A stretch of 64,000 nucleotides of DNA from Hemiscyllium ocellatum (taxonomy: Eukaryota): contig NC_083410.1 of NCBI RefSeq assembly GCF_020745735.1, forward strand, positions 3,942,117-4,006,116, in the 5' to 3' direction. The position numbers and the translations under genes were made by a program. A model generated the notes under the pieces. It was not told the DNA's origin. It did not search any database and saw only the letters and a list, made by a program, of their open reading frames with translations. Below, piece by piece: positions 25,925 to 37,549 of the stretch (its first letter is position 1; each line of letters starts with the position of its first letter).

Positions 25925-26460
25925 TATAGAAATTGCTGGAAAAGCTTATCAGGTCTGGCAGCATCTGTGCAGAGAAATCAGAGTTAACAATTCGGGTCTT
26001 GTGACCCTTGCTCAGAATGGATGGTAGGTTGGAAAATGTTGACTTATGTGGAGAAGATAGTGTGTGAGTGGTGGTTGGGAGGGGGGGGTGGGGTGGAAAG
26101 AGTAGACCATTGACAGAGTTAGACCCAAAGAGTGAGAAGAACAGTTGGACACACAAAGAAGTGGATAATGATCTCACTAGGAGAGTGACGAGCTGTTAAT
26201 GGAGACTGTTAATGGGGGCAGACTATGTGATAATAAGGCCTGATGTGTGGGGTTGAGGGCAAGGATATGGGAACATTCAGGCCTTAAAATTAGAAGCCAA
26301 CATTTTCCCAGTTACCATCCGTTCTGAGGATGGATTACCAGACCCAAAACTTTAACTCTAATTTATCTTCACAGATGCTGCCAGACCTGCTGAGTTTTTC
26401 CAGCAATTTCTCTTTTTGTTTCTGATTTATAGCATCAACAATTCTTTCAGTTTTTATTTA
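25925..26460. mobile_element. Fold-back Penelope-like insertion
   Basis: GAAATTGCTGGAAAA..CAGGTCTGGCAGCATCTGTG at about 25930-25970 is inverted at about 26370-26410; degenerate hammerhead near 26325. Confidence 0.6.
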
Positions 26461-26469
26461 GCCATGGCA

Positions 26470-27930
26470 TCATCCTTAATTCAATGGATAGTGCATGAGG
26501 ACATGTCAGGAGCAGCACCAGGAATCACTGAAAATAAGGTATCAACCTGGTGAAGCTACCAAACAGCATCGGCAGCCAGTGATAGACAGAGCTAAGGAAG
26601 CCCACAAACAGTGGATCAGATCTAAGCTCTGCAGTTCTGCAACGTCCAGTCATGAATAGTTGTGGACAATTAAACAACTCACTGGAGGATGATGCTGTAC
26701 AAATATGCCCATCCTGAGTAATGAAAGAACCAAACACACCAGTGCAAAAAGAAAGGCTGAAGTTTTTGGAGCAACCTTCAGCCAAAAGTGCCTTCTGGAT
26801 GATCCATCTCAGCCTCCTCCAGTGGGCCCCGGTAATACAGATACCAATCTTCAGCCAATTTGATTCACTCCATATGATATCAAAAATTGGTTGGAGATCA
26901 TGATAGTGCAAAGACTCTGGGCCCTGATAACATTCCAACAAGGGTGGTGAAGACTTGTGCTCCAGAACTTGTTGCTCCCCAAGCCAAACTCTTCGAGTGC
27001 AGTTATGACACTGGCACAATCTAACAATTTGAAAAACTGCCCAGGTATGTCCCATACATAAAAAGCAGAACAAATCCAACCCAGCCAATGCTGCCCCATT
27101 ACCCTAATCTTGATCTTCAGCATAATGATGGAGGGTGCCTTCAACAGCTCAGCAATAACCTGCTCAGTGATGCTGAGTTTGGGTTCCTTCAAACCTGCTC
27201 AGCTCCTGACCTCAATCCAGTCTTGGTTCAAACATGATCAAAACAGCTGAATTGCAGAGGTGAGGAGAGAGCAACAACCCTTGACATCAAGGCTACATTT
27301 GACTGAGTGTGGCATCCAGAATCCCTTGCAAAATTGAAATTAATTGGAATTGGAGGCAAATTCTCCACTGGTTGGAGTCATACCTGGGACATAGGAAAAT
27401 GGTCATTGTAGTTGGAAGTCAGTCATCTCAGTTCCAGGACATCTCTGTAGGAGTTCCTCAGGGTAGTGTCCATGGCCCAACCATCTTCAGCTGCTTCATC
27501 AATGACCTTCCTCTATCTGAAAGTCAGAAATGGGGATGTTCACTGATGATTATATAATATTCAGCATCGGGTGCTGAGGGATGGCCTTATCGAATTTTAT
27601 AAAATCAGAATGGGCATGGATAAAGTGAGTAGCCAAGGTCTTTCTCTCAGCATAGAGGATTCCAAAAATAGAGGGCATAGATTTAAGGTGAGAGGAGAAA
27701 GATTTAAAAGTAACCTGAGGGGAAACCCTTTTCACGCAAAAGGTGGAGGGTGTACAGAAAGACCTGTCAGGAAAGGTAGTGGAAGCAGATACAAATACAA
27801 CATTTAAAGGCAGATGGATATGTACATGAACAGGAAGCGTTTCGAAGAATATCGGCCAAATGCTGCTAAATGGGACTTAATCAGTTTATAATCGTCAGTG
27901 CAGACGAGTTGCACCAAAGGGTCTGTTTCC
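26470..27930 (+). mobile_element. CR1/L2-group LINE RT fragment followed by CR1 3' end
   Basis: SVGVPQGSVHGPTIFSCFINDLP; NRGHRFKVRGERFK. Confidence 0.8.
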
Positions 27931-28206
27931 TTGTGGTAACGCTATGGCTAATGGGTTGCAGGTAAGATTCACAATTTTGTCAAAACAGAAACCAACTCCT
28001 TGTGACTGTGACAATTAGCCTGGATGTAGACCAATTGCAACAAAAGTTCCCTTTGTGAATGTGTCTGTCTGTTGTCATGTGTTTGTGTATCTAACAGTTT
28101 GTGTACGTGAGAGTGTATGTGTTGGTGTTTATGGTGTGTGTTGTATATGTGAGTTGTGGTGTGTTTTAGTGTCTGCGTGCTATGATGTGTGTGTCTGCAT
28201 GTGTGT

Positions 28207-28562
28207 TGGGCAGGATGGTGGCTCAGTGGATAGCATTGCTACCTCACAGCGTTAGGGACCCAGGTTTCCATTCCACCCTTGGTCGACTGTTTGTGTAGAC
28301 TTTGTACACTTTCCCCATTTCTGCATGGGTTTCCTCTGGGTTCTCTGGTTTCCTTGCACAGTCCAAAGATGTGCAGATTAGGTGGGTTGGCCTTGCTAAA
28401 TTGCCCATCATGTCCAGAGATGTTCTGGTTAGGGGGATTCAGTTGTGGAAATGCAGGGTCACAGGGATAGGTTTGGAAGACAGGTCTCGGTGGGATGCTT
28501 TTCAGAGGGTCAATGAGGACTTGATGGGCCAAATGGCCTGCTTCCACACTGTAGTGATCCTA
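28207..28562 (+). mobile_element. HE1/V-SINE-type tRNA-derived SINE
   Basis: GGTGGCTCAGTGG A-box head, central GGTTTCCTC..CACAGTCCAAAGATGTGCAG domain, CR1-like 3' tail. Confidence 0.85.
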
Positions 28563-28563
28563 T

Positions 28564-28614
<51 letters not shown>

Positions 28615-28760
28615 TGAGAGTTTGTGTGTTTCTGTGTATGTATGCATGTGTTTGCACAAGCACATTTGTGTGTTTTGAGTGTACGTATGTCTGTATGAAT
28701 CTGTCTTTCTGTGTGTGTATGTATCTGTGAGATAGAGTATGTGTATGTGTGTGCCTTTAT
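28564..28760. repeat. (TG)n microsatellite and degenerate TG tract (similar tract at 28055-28205)
   Basis: Seen directly. Confidence 0.9.
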
Positions 28761-28763
28761 GTG

Positions 28764-28826
28764 GGGTGGGTGGGGGGGGGGGGAAATACAGGCTGGTTTT
28801 TGGCATGAAACTAATGGTGACACTCA
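28764..28826 (+). pseudogene. Decayed TCR-type J segment
   Basis: GGKYRLVFG--MKLMVTL then GTAAAT donor in phase 1; FGxG lacks 6 nt; only a weak upstream RSS (AGTATGTGT-12-TTATGTG). Confidence 0.45.
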
Positions 28827-29000
28827 GTAAATGTTGTACTTTGAGAGAAAAGTGTCACAAATCTGATCGGAGCAAATTCAAATCTTTTCAAGAACAGTGC
28901 AGAAAATCTCAGAATTAAATTGCTCACTGATTTGCCATCACTGAAAGGACAATGAAAATAGACTGATAGCAGGAGTGCATTGGAAATCAGGACATCTCTG

Positions 29001-29028
29001 AGTTCTTCTCAAGGGCTATGTTACTGTG
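29001..29028 (+). other. 12-bp-spacer recombination signal sequence (RSS)
   Basis: Nonamer AGTTCTTCT (6/9 to GGTTTTTGT), 12-nt spacer CAAGGGCTATGT, heptamer TACTGTG (6/7 to CACTGTG). Confidence 0.65.
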
Positions 29029-29091
29029 TGCATTCTGGGGGCTATGAAATAACTATATTTGGTAGAGGCATCAAACTCATTGCTGACCCTG
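29029..29091 (+). other. TCR alpha/delta-like J gene segment (open frame)
   Basis: 63 nt, HSGGYEITIFGRGIKLIADP, FGxG motif, phase-1 donor GTAAG at 29092; length, leading TG and SGGY start are typical of TRAJ segments. Confidence 0.8.
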
Positions 29092-29204
29092 GTAAGAGCA
29101 CAAGCTATGAAAAAGGACCAGGTATGATGTTACTGACAATTGATAAATATTGGTCAAATACTGATTAGATTAGATTCCCGACGGTATGGCAACAAACCTT
29201 TTGC

Positions 29205-29390
29205 TGCAAATGTGTTGCTGGTCAAAGCACAGCAGGTTAGGCAGCATCTCAGGAATAGAGAATTCAACGTTTCGAGCATAAGCCCTTCATCAGGAATAAG
29301 AGAGAGAGAGCCAAGCAGGCTGAGATAAAAGGTAGGGAGGAGGGACTAGGGGGAGGGGCGATGGAGGTGGGATAGGTGGAAGGAGGTCAA
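29205..29390 (-). mobile_element. Neptune-type Penelope 3' end with hammerhead motif (29266-29293)
   Basis: Reverse complement of the 42040-42230 repeat; ATTC-CTGATGA-A-GGGC(TTAT)GCTC-GAAA-CGTT-GAAT. Confidence 0.8.
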
Positions 29391-29414
29391 CAAACCTTTT
29401 GACACAACAAGTCT

Positions 29415-29685
29415 ACACCAACCCTCCGGAGAGTAACTCACCCCTACCCTATATTTACCCTGATTAATGCACCTACCACAATGGGCAATTGAGTATAGAC
29501 AATTCACATGACTTGCACAACTTTGGACTGTGGGAGGAAACTGGAGCACCCAGAGGAAACCCATGCAGACACAGGGAGAATGTGCAAACTTCACACAGAC
29601 AGCCAGCTGAGGCAACAATTGAACCCGGGTCCCTGGTGCTGTGAGGCTGCAGTCAAACCACTGAGTCACCATGCCACCCATCGTG
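29415..29685 (-). mobile_element. HE1/V-SINE-type SINE
   Basis: Reverse complement of the same head and central domain as 53481-53790. Confidence 0.85.
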
Positions 29686-30614
29686 TATAACATTAACTGG
29701 ACAATTAAAAAGCTAATGCTTTCACCTTATTTCCTTTAGTTAGAGAGAATGTGTTCGATGATGTATGAAATCAGTTAAAGACCAAAAAAACACATCAAGA
29801 CCAATTATGATCATAACACAGCAGGAATAACTTTTTTTACAAACATCCTGAATGTTACCTTGGGCTTGATCAAAATCATATTAATCTCACTGATGATTGT
29901 AAAACCAGAGTCAACCTCAATCATTACAGTCAGCAGTGATTGAGGTTATTTACGAGATAGTAAAACAGACACACAGAGTTTGAAAGAAACAATGTTCTGC
30001 GGTCTGATTAAGGAACAGGAACCAAATGAGAGAGAATTGTAAGGACTCATGTTTTGCCTCCCCCTAGTCTAAAAGCCCAGAATGATAGATTCTGCACTCC
30101 CTAAGCCAAGTACATAAATCCCAAATCAGAATCCAGGAGGGTTGGAGAGACAGTAACACACTCAGGGATACTGGGGAAACCTTCTGAGAGTCCTAATGGG
30201 CTGTTGTAGAAATTGTCATCCTTAGTATATTTTTCAATATTTCTCAAATCGTAAACAAGTCACAACAAAATATTACCAAAACATTCACTGATCATTTAAG
30301 CTACGCTATAAAGATAGTTTTACAATCAATACGGGAGGTACAATGAGTCAAATCAAATCACAGATCAGTGCAAAATTATACTGAATTTGCTCTTTCAAAG
30401 GGTTCACTAAACATGTGTGAATTCTGGGAGCAGCTACAGACTTCCATATGGAAAAAGAATGAAGGTGACTGTGAAGCTAAATACGTATTCACTATTAACC
30501 ATAGACTTGAGAGTGTGGTGCTGGAAAAGCACTGCAAGACATTCAGCATCTGAGGAGCAGGAGAATCAACATCTCAGGCACAAGTCCTTCATCAGCAATT
30601 AACCACAGACTCAC

Positions 30615-30760
30615 CCTGGGGTTTTGTTAGTCTATGTCGACTGTGAGGAACATGGACAACAAAGCCCAAAGCTAATGAAAGAACCCATTAAGTGTGATAG
30701 TTCACAAAGATTAATGTCACAAACCTGACCAATATAAATTAATGTACTCCAGTGACATCA
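30615..30760 (-). promoter_or_regulatory. Candidate promoter and degenerate first/leader exon
   Basis: AGTGACATCA decamer (30751-30760), ATG at 30688, hydrophobic WVLSLALGFVV in a shifted frame, donor /GTGAGT at 30614. Confidence 0.3.
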
Positions 30761-31278
30761 CACAGGAAAGGTAGCTAATGACTTACTAGTTTATCTTTAC
30801 ATGATTGAGATGGCAGCGAGGACAAAGGGAAGTGGACAGCAATGGTGCATGAAGAGCCAGTATTGAATTGCAATAGCTTTATTGTCACAGTCTTCATTGT
30901 CACCACTCTCTGGGTGAAGCCATTTCTTCTCAAATGGCCATTCAAGATGGACAACAAGTGCTGGCACAGCCAGTGATGGCCACGTCCCAAGAATGAATGA
31001 GACAAAATCAGAGACTGAAGAATGTTAAATACAACACTGAGAAGAAACTAGATGGAGAAGTAGAAAGACAGAGAGACATTAAGAGTTTGAAATTGAGGAA
31101 CTGGTCCAAGAGGAGAAATAGTTTATTCTATCTGTGAGTAAGACAAGAGAAGGTAACTGTTCTGCTTCCATATCAAGCTCTCTGCTATCTCTCTACCAGA
31201 GGAATTTAACACAATGTCCTCTTCAATAAATGTGGAGTGTTTGTTGTGTCAAATTATTGTAAGATAAACAGGACTTAC

Positions 31279-31623
31279 CCATTTAAGTCAGCTGAGTTCC
31301 ATTCCCAATGATATCCTCCAATACGTTACAGTAATTAAGCCTAGTCACACTGGGCTGTATCTTTGTGATGGTCAGAATGAAGCTGTTATTGGAGGGGTCT
31401 CTGAAAAACTGGAATCACTCAGTGAATCCTGCACTCCATTGTGTGGTGTTCCTCACGTCTTGTGTTGAAACCCACTCCATGTTATTCTCTGGTTGCTCCC
31501 TGTTCCAGTGAACATTGATGTGTGTTACTGTGGTGTTCCTCATGGTGCACTGTAACTGGGCAGCGTCACCCTCGGTGACACGTTCCAGGATCGGAGACTG
31601 AGGATGAGCTGTGGGATTTATAC
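31279..31623 (-). pseudogene. Germline-joined VJ-type V exon, pseudogene (subfamily C)
   Basis: 345 nt, intact AG/GT sites; QSPILERVTEGDAAQLQCTMRN..NVHW..GFTE*FQFFRDPSNNSFILTITKIQPSVTRLNYCNVLEDIIGNGTQLT*M; two stops. Confidence 0.92.
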
Positions 31624-32282
31624 CTTTCAAAGAAAAGATCTGAATAAATTAAAACTTGTTTGAAATATCTGATGTTCTCTGAATCATATTTAAGTAGAAA
31701 TGATAGATTGTAAGAGTGTAACAGTGGGATTAATTATTTCAATAAAGCGAGATATTTTAAAGCGAATTCACAAAAACAAAGAATAAATCATTAATAAATT
31801 TTTCTACATGGATTCAAAAGTAAAACCAGTGAATCTTGGAAATGGCACAAACTGTTCTGACTTCCCTTGTCCATCTGAAATTGAAACTCCAGTATGACCA
31901 ATATATTGAGTTCCAGATGAATACTGTGAAGGGATGGTAATTTTATTGTTTCCATGTGCGTTGAACTTTTATTGAATTGGATTACACAGAAATAACTTGC
32001 TTTATTCTATTTTATCTTAATATCTGCCATGTAATAAATTTATGTTTCTTGTTAAAAACAAAGCTGCAGCCTTGCATGCTTGTGGTGCATTGAAAGACCA
32101 CCTCATTAAATAAAATAATGAAACTTGGATGCATCAAGCTGGATCTATCAATCAAATGAAACCAAACAGGACATTTGTAGAATTGGCAAGGGAGAAAGCA
32201 AGAGTCGGGGATTTTGATCACTCAGCAACAAAAAATAAATGTGAATATAAGGGAAATTACCATCATGGAAGATTAATGCATT

Positions 32283-32559
32283 TCACATGATCAGGAAGGA
32301 GAGATCACATCTGGAGTGAGGCACAGCCCTAGTGAATACATATCTCTGGGAGTTCAATGCTTTCACTTGCTGTTTGGGTGATAGTTTTTACAGGTGTTGT
32401 TTGAGGGGATAAATTGAAGTCCAGATCAGGGACATAACATAAAACAAAGAGTGATGTCACAGGAAAACCTGAGGTTCATTGGTTGATAATATCAGCAGAT
32501 GTGTATTCACTAGGGCTGTACCTCACTCCAGATGTGACCGCTCCTTCCTGATCATGTGA
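32283..32559. repeat. 63-bp inverted repeat flanking a 151-bp spacer (MITE-like or inversion scar)
   Basis: 32283-32345 TCACATGATCAGGAAGGAG..GAATACATATCT is the reverse complement of 32497-32559 with 4 mismatches. Confidence 0.85.
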
Positions 32560-32859
32560 GGTTGCAGTGGGAGGTGTAAAACACATTCTGACAGAATTAT
32601 TCTATTTTAGTGAATGACCTGGTATGTTCAAGAATATCAGCTTCACCATGTGTCATGAAACAACTAGTGGAGATGAAATAAACTGAAATGTGACACAAGG
32701 AACACCCTGGATTTTATCCTCATTGTTTTGTGACAAGATCTCAGGTTCCTGGATTTAGAACCATAGAATAATAGTCCATGTTGATTTGGAATTTCAATTC
32801 TCAGAATTAATTTTCAGAGGTTTAATTTAATGGAATGAAAGTGAACAGAATGAGGCTGA

Positions 32860-33140
32860 TAGGTTCAGAGTATCTCCTTTAGCAGAAATGCAACAAATAG
32901 ATCCTGAATTCAGAGAGTTGTATCAAACAGCCTCCTCAGAAATAGAATCAGAAATCCCTGAGTGCTATTAATTGAAATACAAAGTACTAATAAGGAAATA
33001 GTGTTTAGTCCAAGTACCAGGTGATGGGGAATGGACAGAGATCCATTCGGTGGTCACTCCACCTGAGTTCCAGAATGAAATTTCACAAATTGGTTAATCA
33101 AATCCCAATGGTATAATTTCTAGGGATTACAAAAATACAG
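32860..33140 (+). mobile_element. Gmr1-like integrase N-terminal fragment
   Basis: LAEMQQIDPEFRELYQTASSEIESEIPECY; paralogous to about 36240-36500 and about 16080-16185 (minus). Confidence 0.7.
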
Positions 33141-33230
33141 GGAATTCAACAAAATAACAAACTGATCTCCAATTCATTCACTGGGCAAGAAGTTATAGTC
33201 CAAGGAGATTGTTATGAAAACTATATTTAC

Positions 33231-33538
33231 TCGTGACATTGAGCTGGCTTCCTCTCCCGCAGATCTTTCCCCGCACTGAGCAGTAATAAACCCCAGTGTC
33301 AGTGGGCTACATGCTTGTGATAGTCAGAATGAAGCTGTTATTGCAGGGGTCTCTGTAAGACTGGAATCGCTCAGTGAAACCTGGGCTCCATTGTGTTAAA
33401 ATTTGCATCTTATGGCATCATGGTTTTTGATGGTGTCATTTAACTATGGTGTTCCTCAGGGTGCACTGTAACCGGCAGTGTGACCCTTGGTGACACATTC
33501 CAGGCTTAGAGACTGGAGAAGAACTGGGGGATTTGCAC
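33231..33538 (-). pseudogene. Germline-joined VJ-type V exon, pseudogene (subfamily C)
   Basis: GANPPVLLQS..LQCTLRN, internal deletion (308 vs 345 nt), TQWSPGFTERFQSYRDPCNNSFILTITSM*PTDTGVYYCSVRGKICGRGSQLNVT. Confidence 0.92.
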
Positions 33539-35099
33539 CTTTCAGGAAGAAAATATCCAGAATTTCAGAATCAATTTTCCAGATTATAATGTGCTGCCAG
33601 TTGTTCAAAGAGACAGTTCAAGTGGAATACATTCTGTATTAAATAGGGAACTGGTTTAAGATTGAATCAGTGGATTTGAAGCAGATCAAATAAACCAAGT
33701 TTGAGTAATTAAATATCTTTAATGACTAATAATGTAAAGATTGAATGAGGAACAGTGGGGTCAGAGTGAAGAGTTCATTGAACCAGTCTCTTCATAATCT
33801 TCCCAGTGCCATAGACATAGTGCCTTACTGAGTGTAACTCACTCCCGCCAGTATTCTGCTTTCTGAACTGGTGTGAATGATGCTCAATGTTACCAAGGGA
33901 ACCCTAGCTATATCAGGGGCTTGTGAAGTTTATTGAAAAATACATGACAATGGATTCAATGTTAAGAGGAATAGATAGGTGTTGGTGCACCCACAGGAAG
34001 GAACGCAATGATGATGCTATCTGTCTGGTCCAACTGTCAATGAAGTTATCGAGTGACCAGAGAGCGCTCTGAGAGAGGTGAGGTTAAACAGTCAACAGTC
34101 CACTCCACATATATCCCAATAACAGAAGCAGAAAGCGGACTCTGCTCAAGCAGTCAGTGTTTAGAAAGCTAGGAAAGGAACCAACATTTCCTCCCATTGC
34201 CACAGACAGGTGAGTAGATCAACAGAAGGCTCGAGCAGATGGCTGGGTGATTGGAGAAATGGTGCAGGAGAGAGGAGAATGTGAAATTCCTGCAATAGTG
34301 ATCCAGGGGATTCAGGGGAAGGTGACATCTGGAGAGGACAGAAAAATTGCACCTAACTAGAGCCAGTCTTTGTAAGCTGGTGCCTGAGTGATATAAGTGG
34401 GGGCTGGGGATAAATTAACTTGGCAGGGGTCTGGGCACCAGAAGGAAATGTCAGAAGAAGTGTCAAGATTCACTGACACATCCAGTTCGAAAGTACAAAG
34501 TCATAAGCTGATGCTGCCTGACCTGCTGTGCTTTTCCAGCACCATACTCTCGACTCTGATCTCCAGCATCTGCAGTCCTCACTTTCTCCTGCAGCTCATT
34601 TGTGTGAATAATCAAGGGATATCCTCGAAGAGGCTCAAACCTCTGAAAACGAAGAGTTAAGTCAAATGACGTGATGGAAGAGGATATTCCCTGGGAGGTG
34701 AGTATTGCAAAGTGATGGTGTTCAAATAAATGGGATTCTATTGTTTCCATGTGCATTCAAATTTCATTGAATTAGTTTATACAGAAATAGTTTGGTTTAT
34801 TCTATTTTATTTTAATCTCTTATGTATAACAAACTTCTGTTTCATTGTGAACACCATATCTTCAGCCTTGTGTTTTTGTTACAGTGAAAGACCACCTCAT
34901 TAAATAAAAATAATGATATCTGATCCATCAAGCTGGCTCTAACAATTGAAAATTGGTACCACAAGAAAGAAACTGACCTGGGTATTGGTGTAGGAGAAAG
35001 CAAGGTGGTAGGGTCAGGGATTCAGATCATGATGCTGCAGTGAGATTAATGAGAATGGAATCATGGGAAAATTCAGAGAACTGAAAAACTTGTTTTGAT

Positions 35100-36730
35100 G
35101 ATGATGAAGCATTTAGGATGAGCAAGGCAGGAGTTCAGGCAGATCCCTGACATATCTCGCACAGACAGATGGGTGCAGAAGTAGTCCTCCGGAAATCTTC
35201 AGAGAAACTGGAGGAACAAAACATCTGTGGCTGAAAAAGCAGCAAGTTATGGAGAACAGCCAGAAAGATATTATCACCATAACAGAAAAAGGCTGCAACC
35301 ACAAAAAGGAGCATGTTTCCACTGTAATGATAAGAGGCATACCAAAGGACAGAGAATAACACAGCACAGGAACAGACCCTTTGACCCTCCAACCTGCACC
35401 AACACATTCACCCTTCCATACTAAAGCTGTCTTCACTTTCGGAATGTATATCATCTATTCCTTCCTAATCACGTATTCATTCAGGTGTTTCTTGAATGCT
35501 GCTATTGTGTCAATTGCTGGAAGATAAATGGGAGACTGATTGCAGTCGTACGAATATCAAAGGAATCTTCAGAGAAAGGGGCATTGAAAACTTAATCACT
35601 GTTATGATAGGGCAGTATAGAGAGAACATGATCCTTTGCAAACACAATCTGAGGGAGAGGGACCTCAGGACATTCCTGAGAATTTGTGTTTGGATATTAA
35701 AAAGGAAAGTGAGACCACTGGAGGGTCTGAGTATTGTATCTCAAAGGGGAGTATTTCGCCTCAAAGCAAGGAGATAAACAAACAAATATCTTGAGAGGTT
35801 TTTGGGTATCTCAGTCACTGATGCTGCCTGATGGTATTGTTTGTCTTCCAGAGAAGTTAATGAAGGAGAAAGTTGTATATGGAGGCATTCAGAGAGATTA
35901 CAAACCAGTCTAAGCACATGGAAGTGGATTCTTAAGTGACTTGGTCAATGGAGATGTTGTTGTAAGAGGAGTGTAATACATTCCTATTGGAAGAATCAAT
36001 AATACCTTGGGTAACGATCAGGCAAGTCATAGAATATTAACCTCACTGAGGGGACTGGAAGAAAAAACAGTGAAAATGAAAAATGCGAAAATGTTACAAG
36101 AGGAACATGCTGTGTTGTAACTCAATCTCAGATTTATAGTTAGACTCATGGAGAAAAACAATCCATAAAATAAAGAGGTGATTTGGAATTTCAGTTAATC
36201 AGATTTGATTTCCAAAATTGTAACTGAAAGGAGAATTCAGCTGATACTTTTCAGAAAACATTCTTCAGCAGAAATACAACAACTGGATCTCAACTGAGAG
36301 AGTTTTATCCAACAGCCTCATCGGAAATGGAATCAGAAACAATCCTTGAGTGTTCTTACTTGAAAGACAAAGCATTAATGAGGGAATTGATTCTTCCCCA
36401 TATACCAGGTGCTGAGGAATGGACCATGGTGCATCAGGTAGTCACTCCATCTGAGAACTTGAGTGAGATCTCACACATTGGCTCATGAAAATCCAATGGC
36501 AGAGCATTAATGGATGAGAAAAACACAGTGTAATATATTAAAACATTTATATAGGTCAGGATTATATAAACATGTTAAATTTTACCAGACAAGCTGGTCT
36601 AAGTCAGGACTTGTGGAATCACACCCTCAGTTAAAGATTCACCTTTAATTCCAATCGCAGCTTTTGAAGAACCATTCAGCAGGGTCTTAATAGATTGTAG
36701 GAGCCCGACCTAAACCCAGGAATGACAACC
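35100..36730 (+). mobile_element. Decayed Gmr1-like gag-pol remnant
   Basis: CFHCNDKRHTK zinc-knuckle remnant (about 35310-35345); integrase remnant near 36240-36720 matching the 15474-15659 segment. Confidence 0.65.
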
Positions 36731-37009
36731 AATGGGTCAATGCAATGGTTCAAGAAGGCAGCTCAGCACCACCTTCTCAAGGGAAATTAAGGATGGGCAA
36801 TAAATGCTGGCCCAGCCAGTGACACCCATATCTCACAAAATAATTAAATAAATTGCTGAACCTGCGCTCAGCTTCTTCCCCACAGAGAATCGATCCCCAA
36901 GGTCACTCTCCATCACCTCCTCAATCTTCTTGATCATAAATCGATCTCCTATTCATTCATCAGGCAGGAGTTTATTGCAGGAGGAGATTGTCATGTCAAT
37001 GGTACTCAC

Positions 37010-37343
37010 TCTTTACAATGATCCAGCTTCCTCTCCCATTGATACTACCCTGCACTGAACAGTAATAGACCCCAGGGTCACTGGGCAGAATGTTTGTGAT
37101 GGTCAGAATGAAGTTGTTACTGGGGGAGTCTCTGGAAGGCTGGAATCTTTCAGTGAATCCTGGTCCCCATTGTGTGGAGCCATTTGCATCCCGTGTTAAA
37201 ATTCACACAGTGTGACTCCCTGGTTTTTGTCAATGCCATTTAATGGTGTGTGTCACTACGGAATGAGGTGTATTGTAACCAGGCAGTGTGATCCTCGGTG
37301 ACACCTTCGGGTTTGGAGACTGGAGAAGGACAACGGATTGGCA
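37010..37343 (-). pseudogene. Germline-joined VJ-type V exon, pseudogene (subfamily C)
   Basis: Frameshifted 5' half; TQWGPGFTERFQPSRDSPSNNFILTITNILPSDPGVYYCSVQGSINGRGSWIIVK; donor GTGAGT. Confidence 0.92.
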
Positions 37344-37549
37344 CTTTGAGGGGAAAAGGTCAATTGTTTAAGAATCAATTCTCTGGGTTATAATTTGCTG
37401 CCAGTTGTTCAAAGGGACAGTTCAGGTGGAACATGTTCTGTACTAAAAAGGGAACTCGTTTAATATTCAACCAATAGAATTAGAGCAGATAAAACAAAAT
37501 ATATTTAATTGATGAAACAACTTTAACAACTATTTGTGTCGACAATTAA

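Noticed and set aside
29770-29940. Hydrophobic stretches on either strand as a TCR-like transmembrane exon
   Set aside because: No convincing in-frame splice sites or conserved charged-residue spacing.
37206-37230. Perfect heptamer CACAGTG and perfect nonamer GGTTTTTGT inside a V pseudo-exon
   Set aside because: Wrong relative orientation and a 9-bp spacer; arises from the W-x-x-Q-K-P-G codons of FR2.
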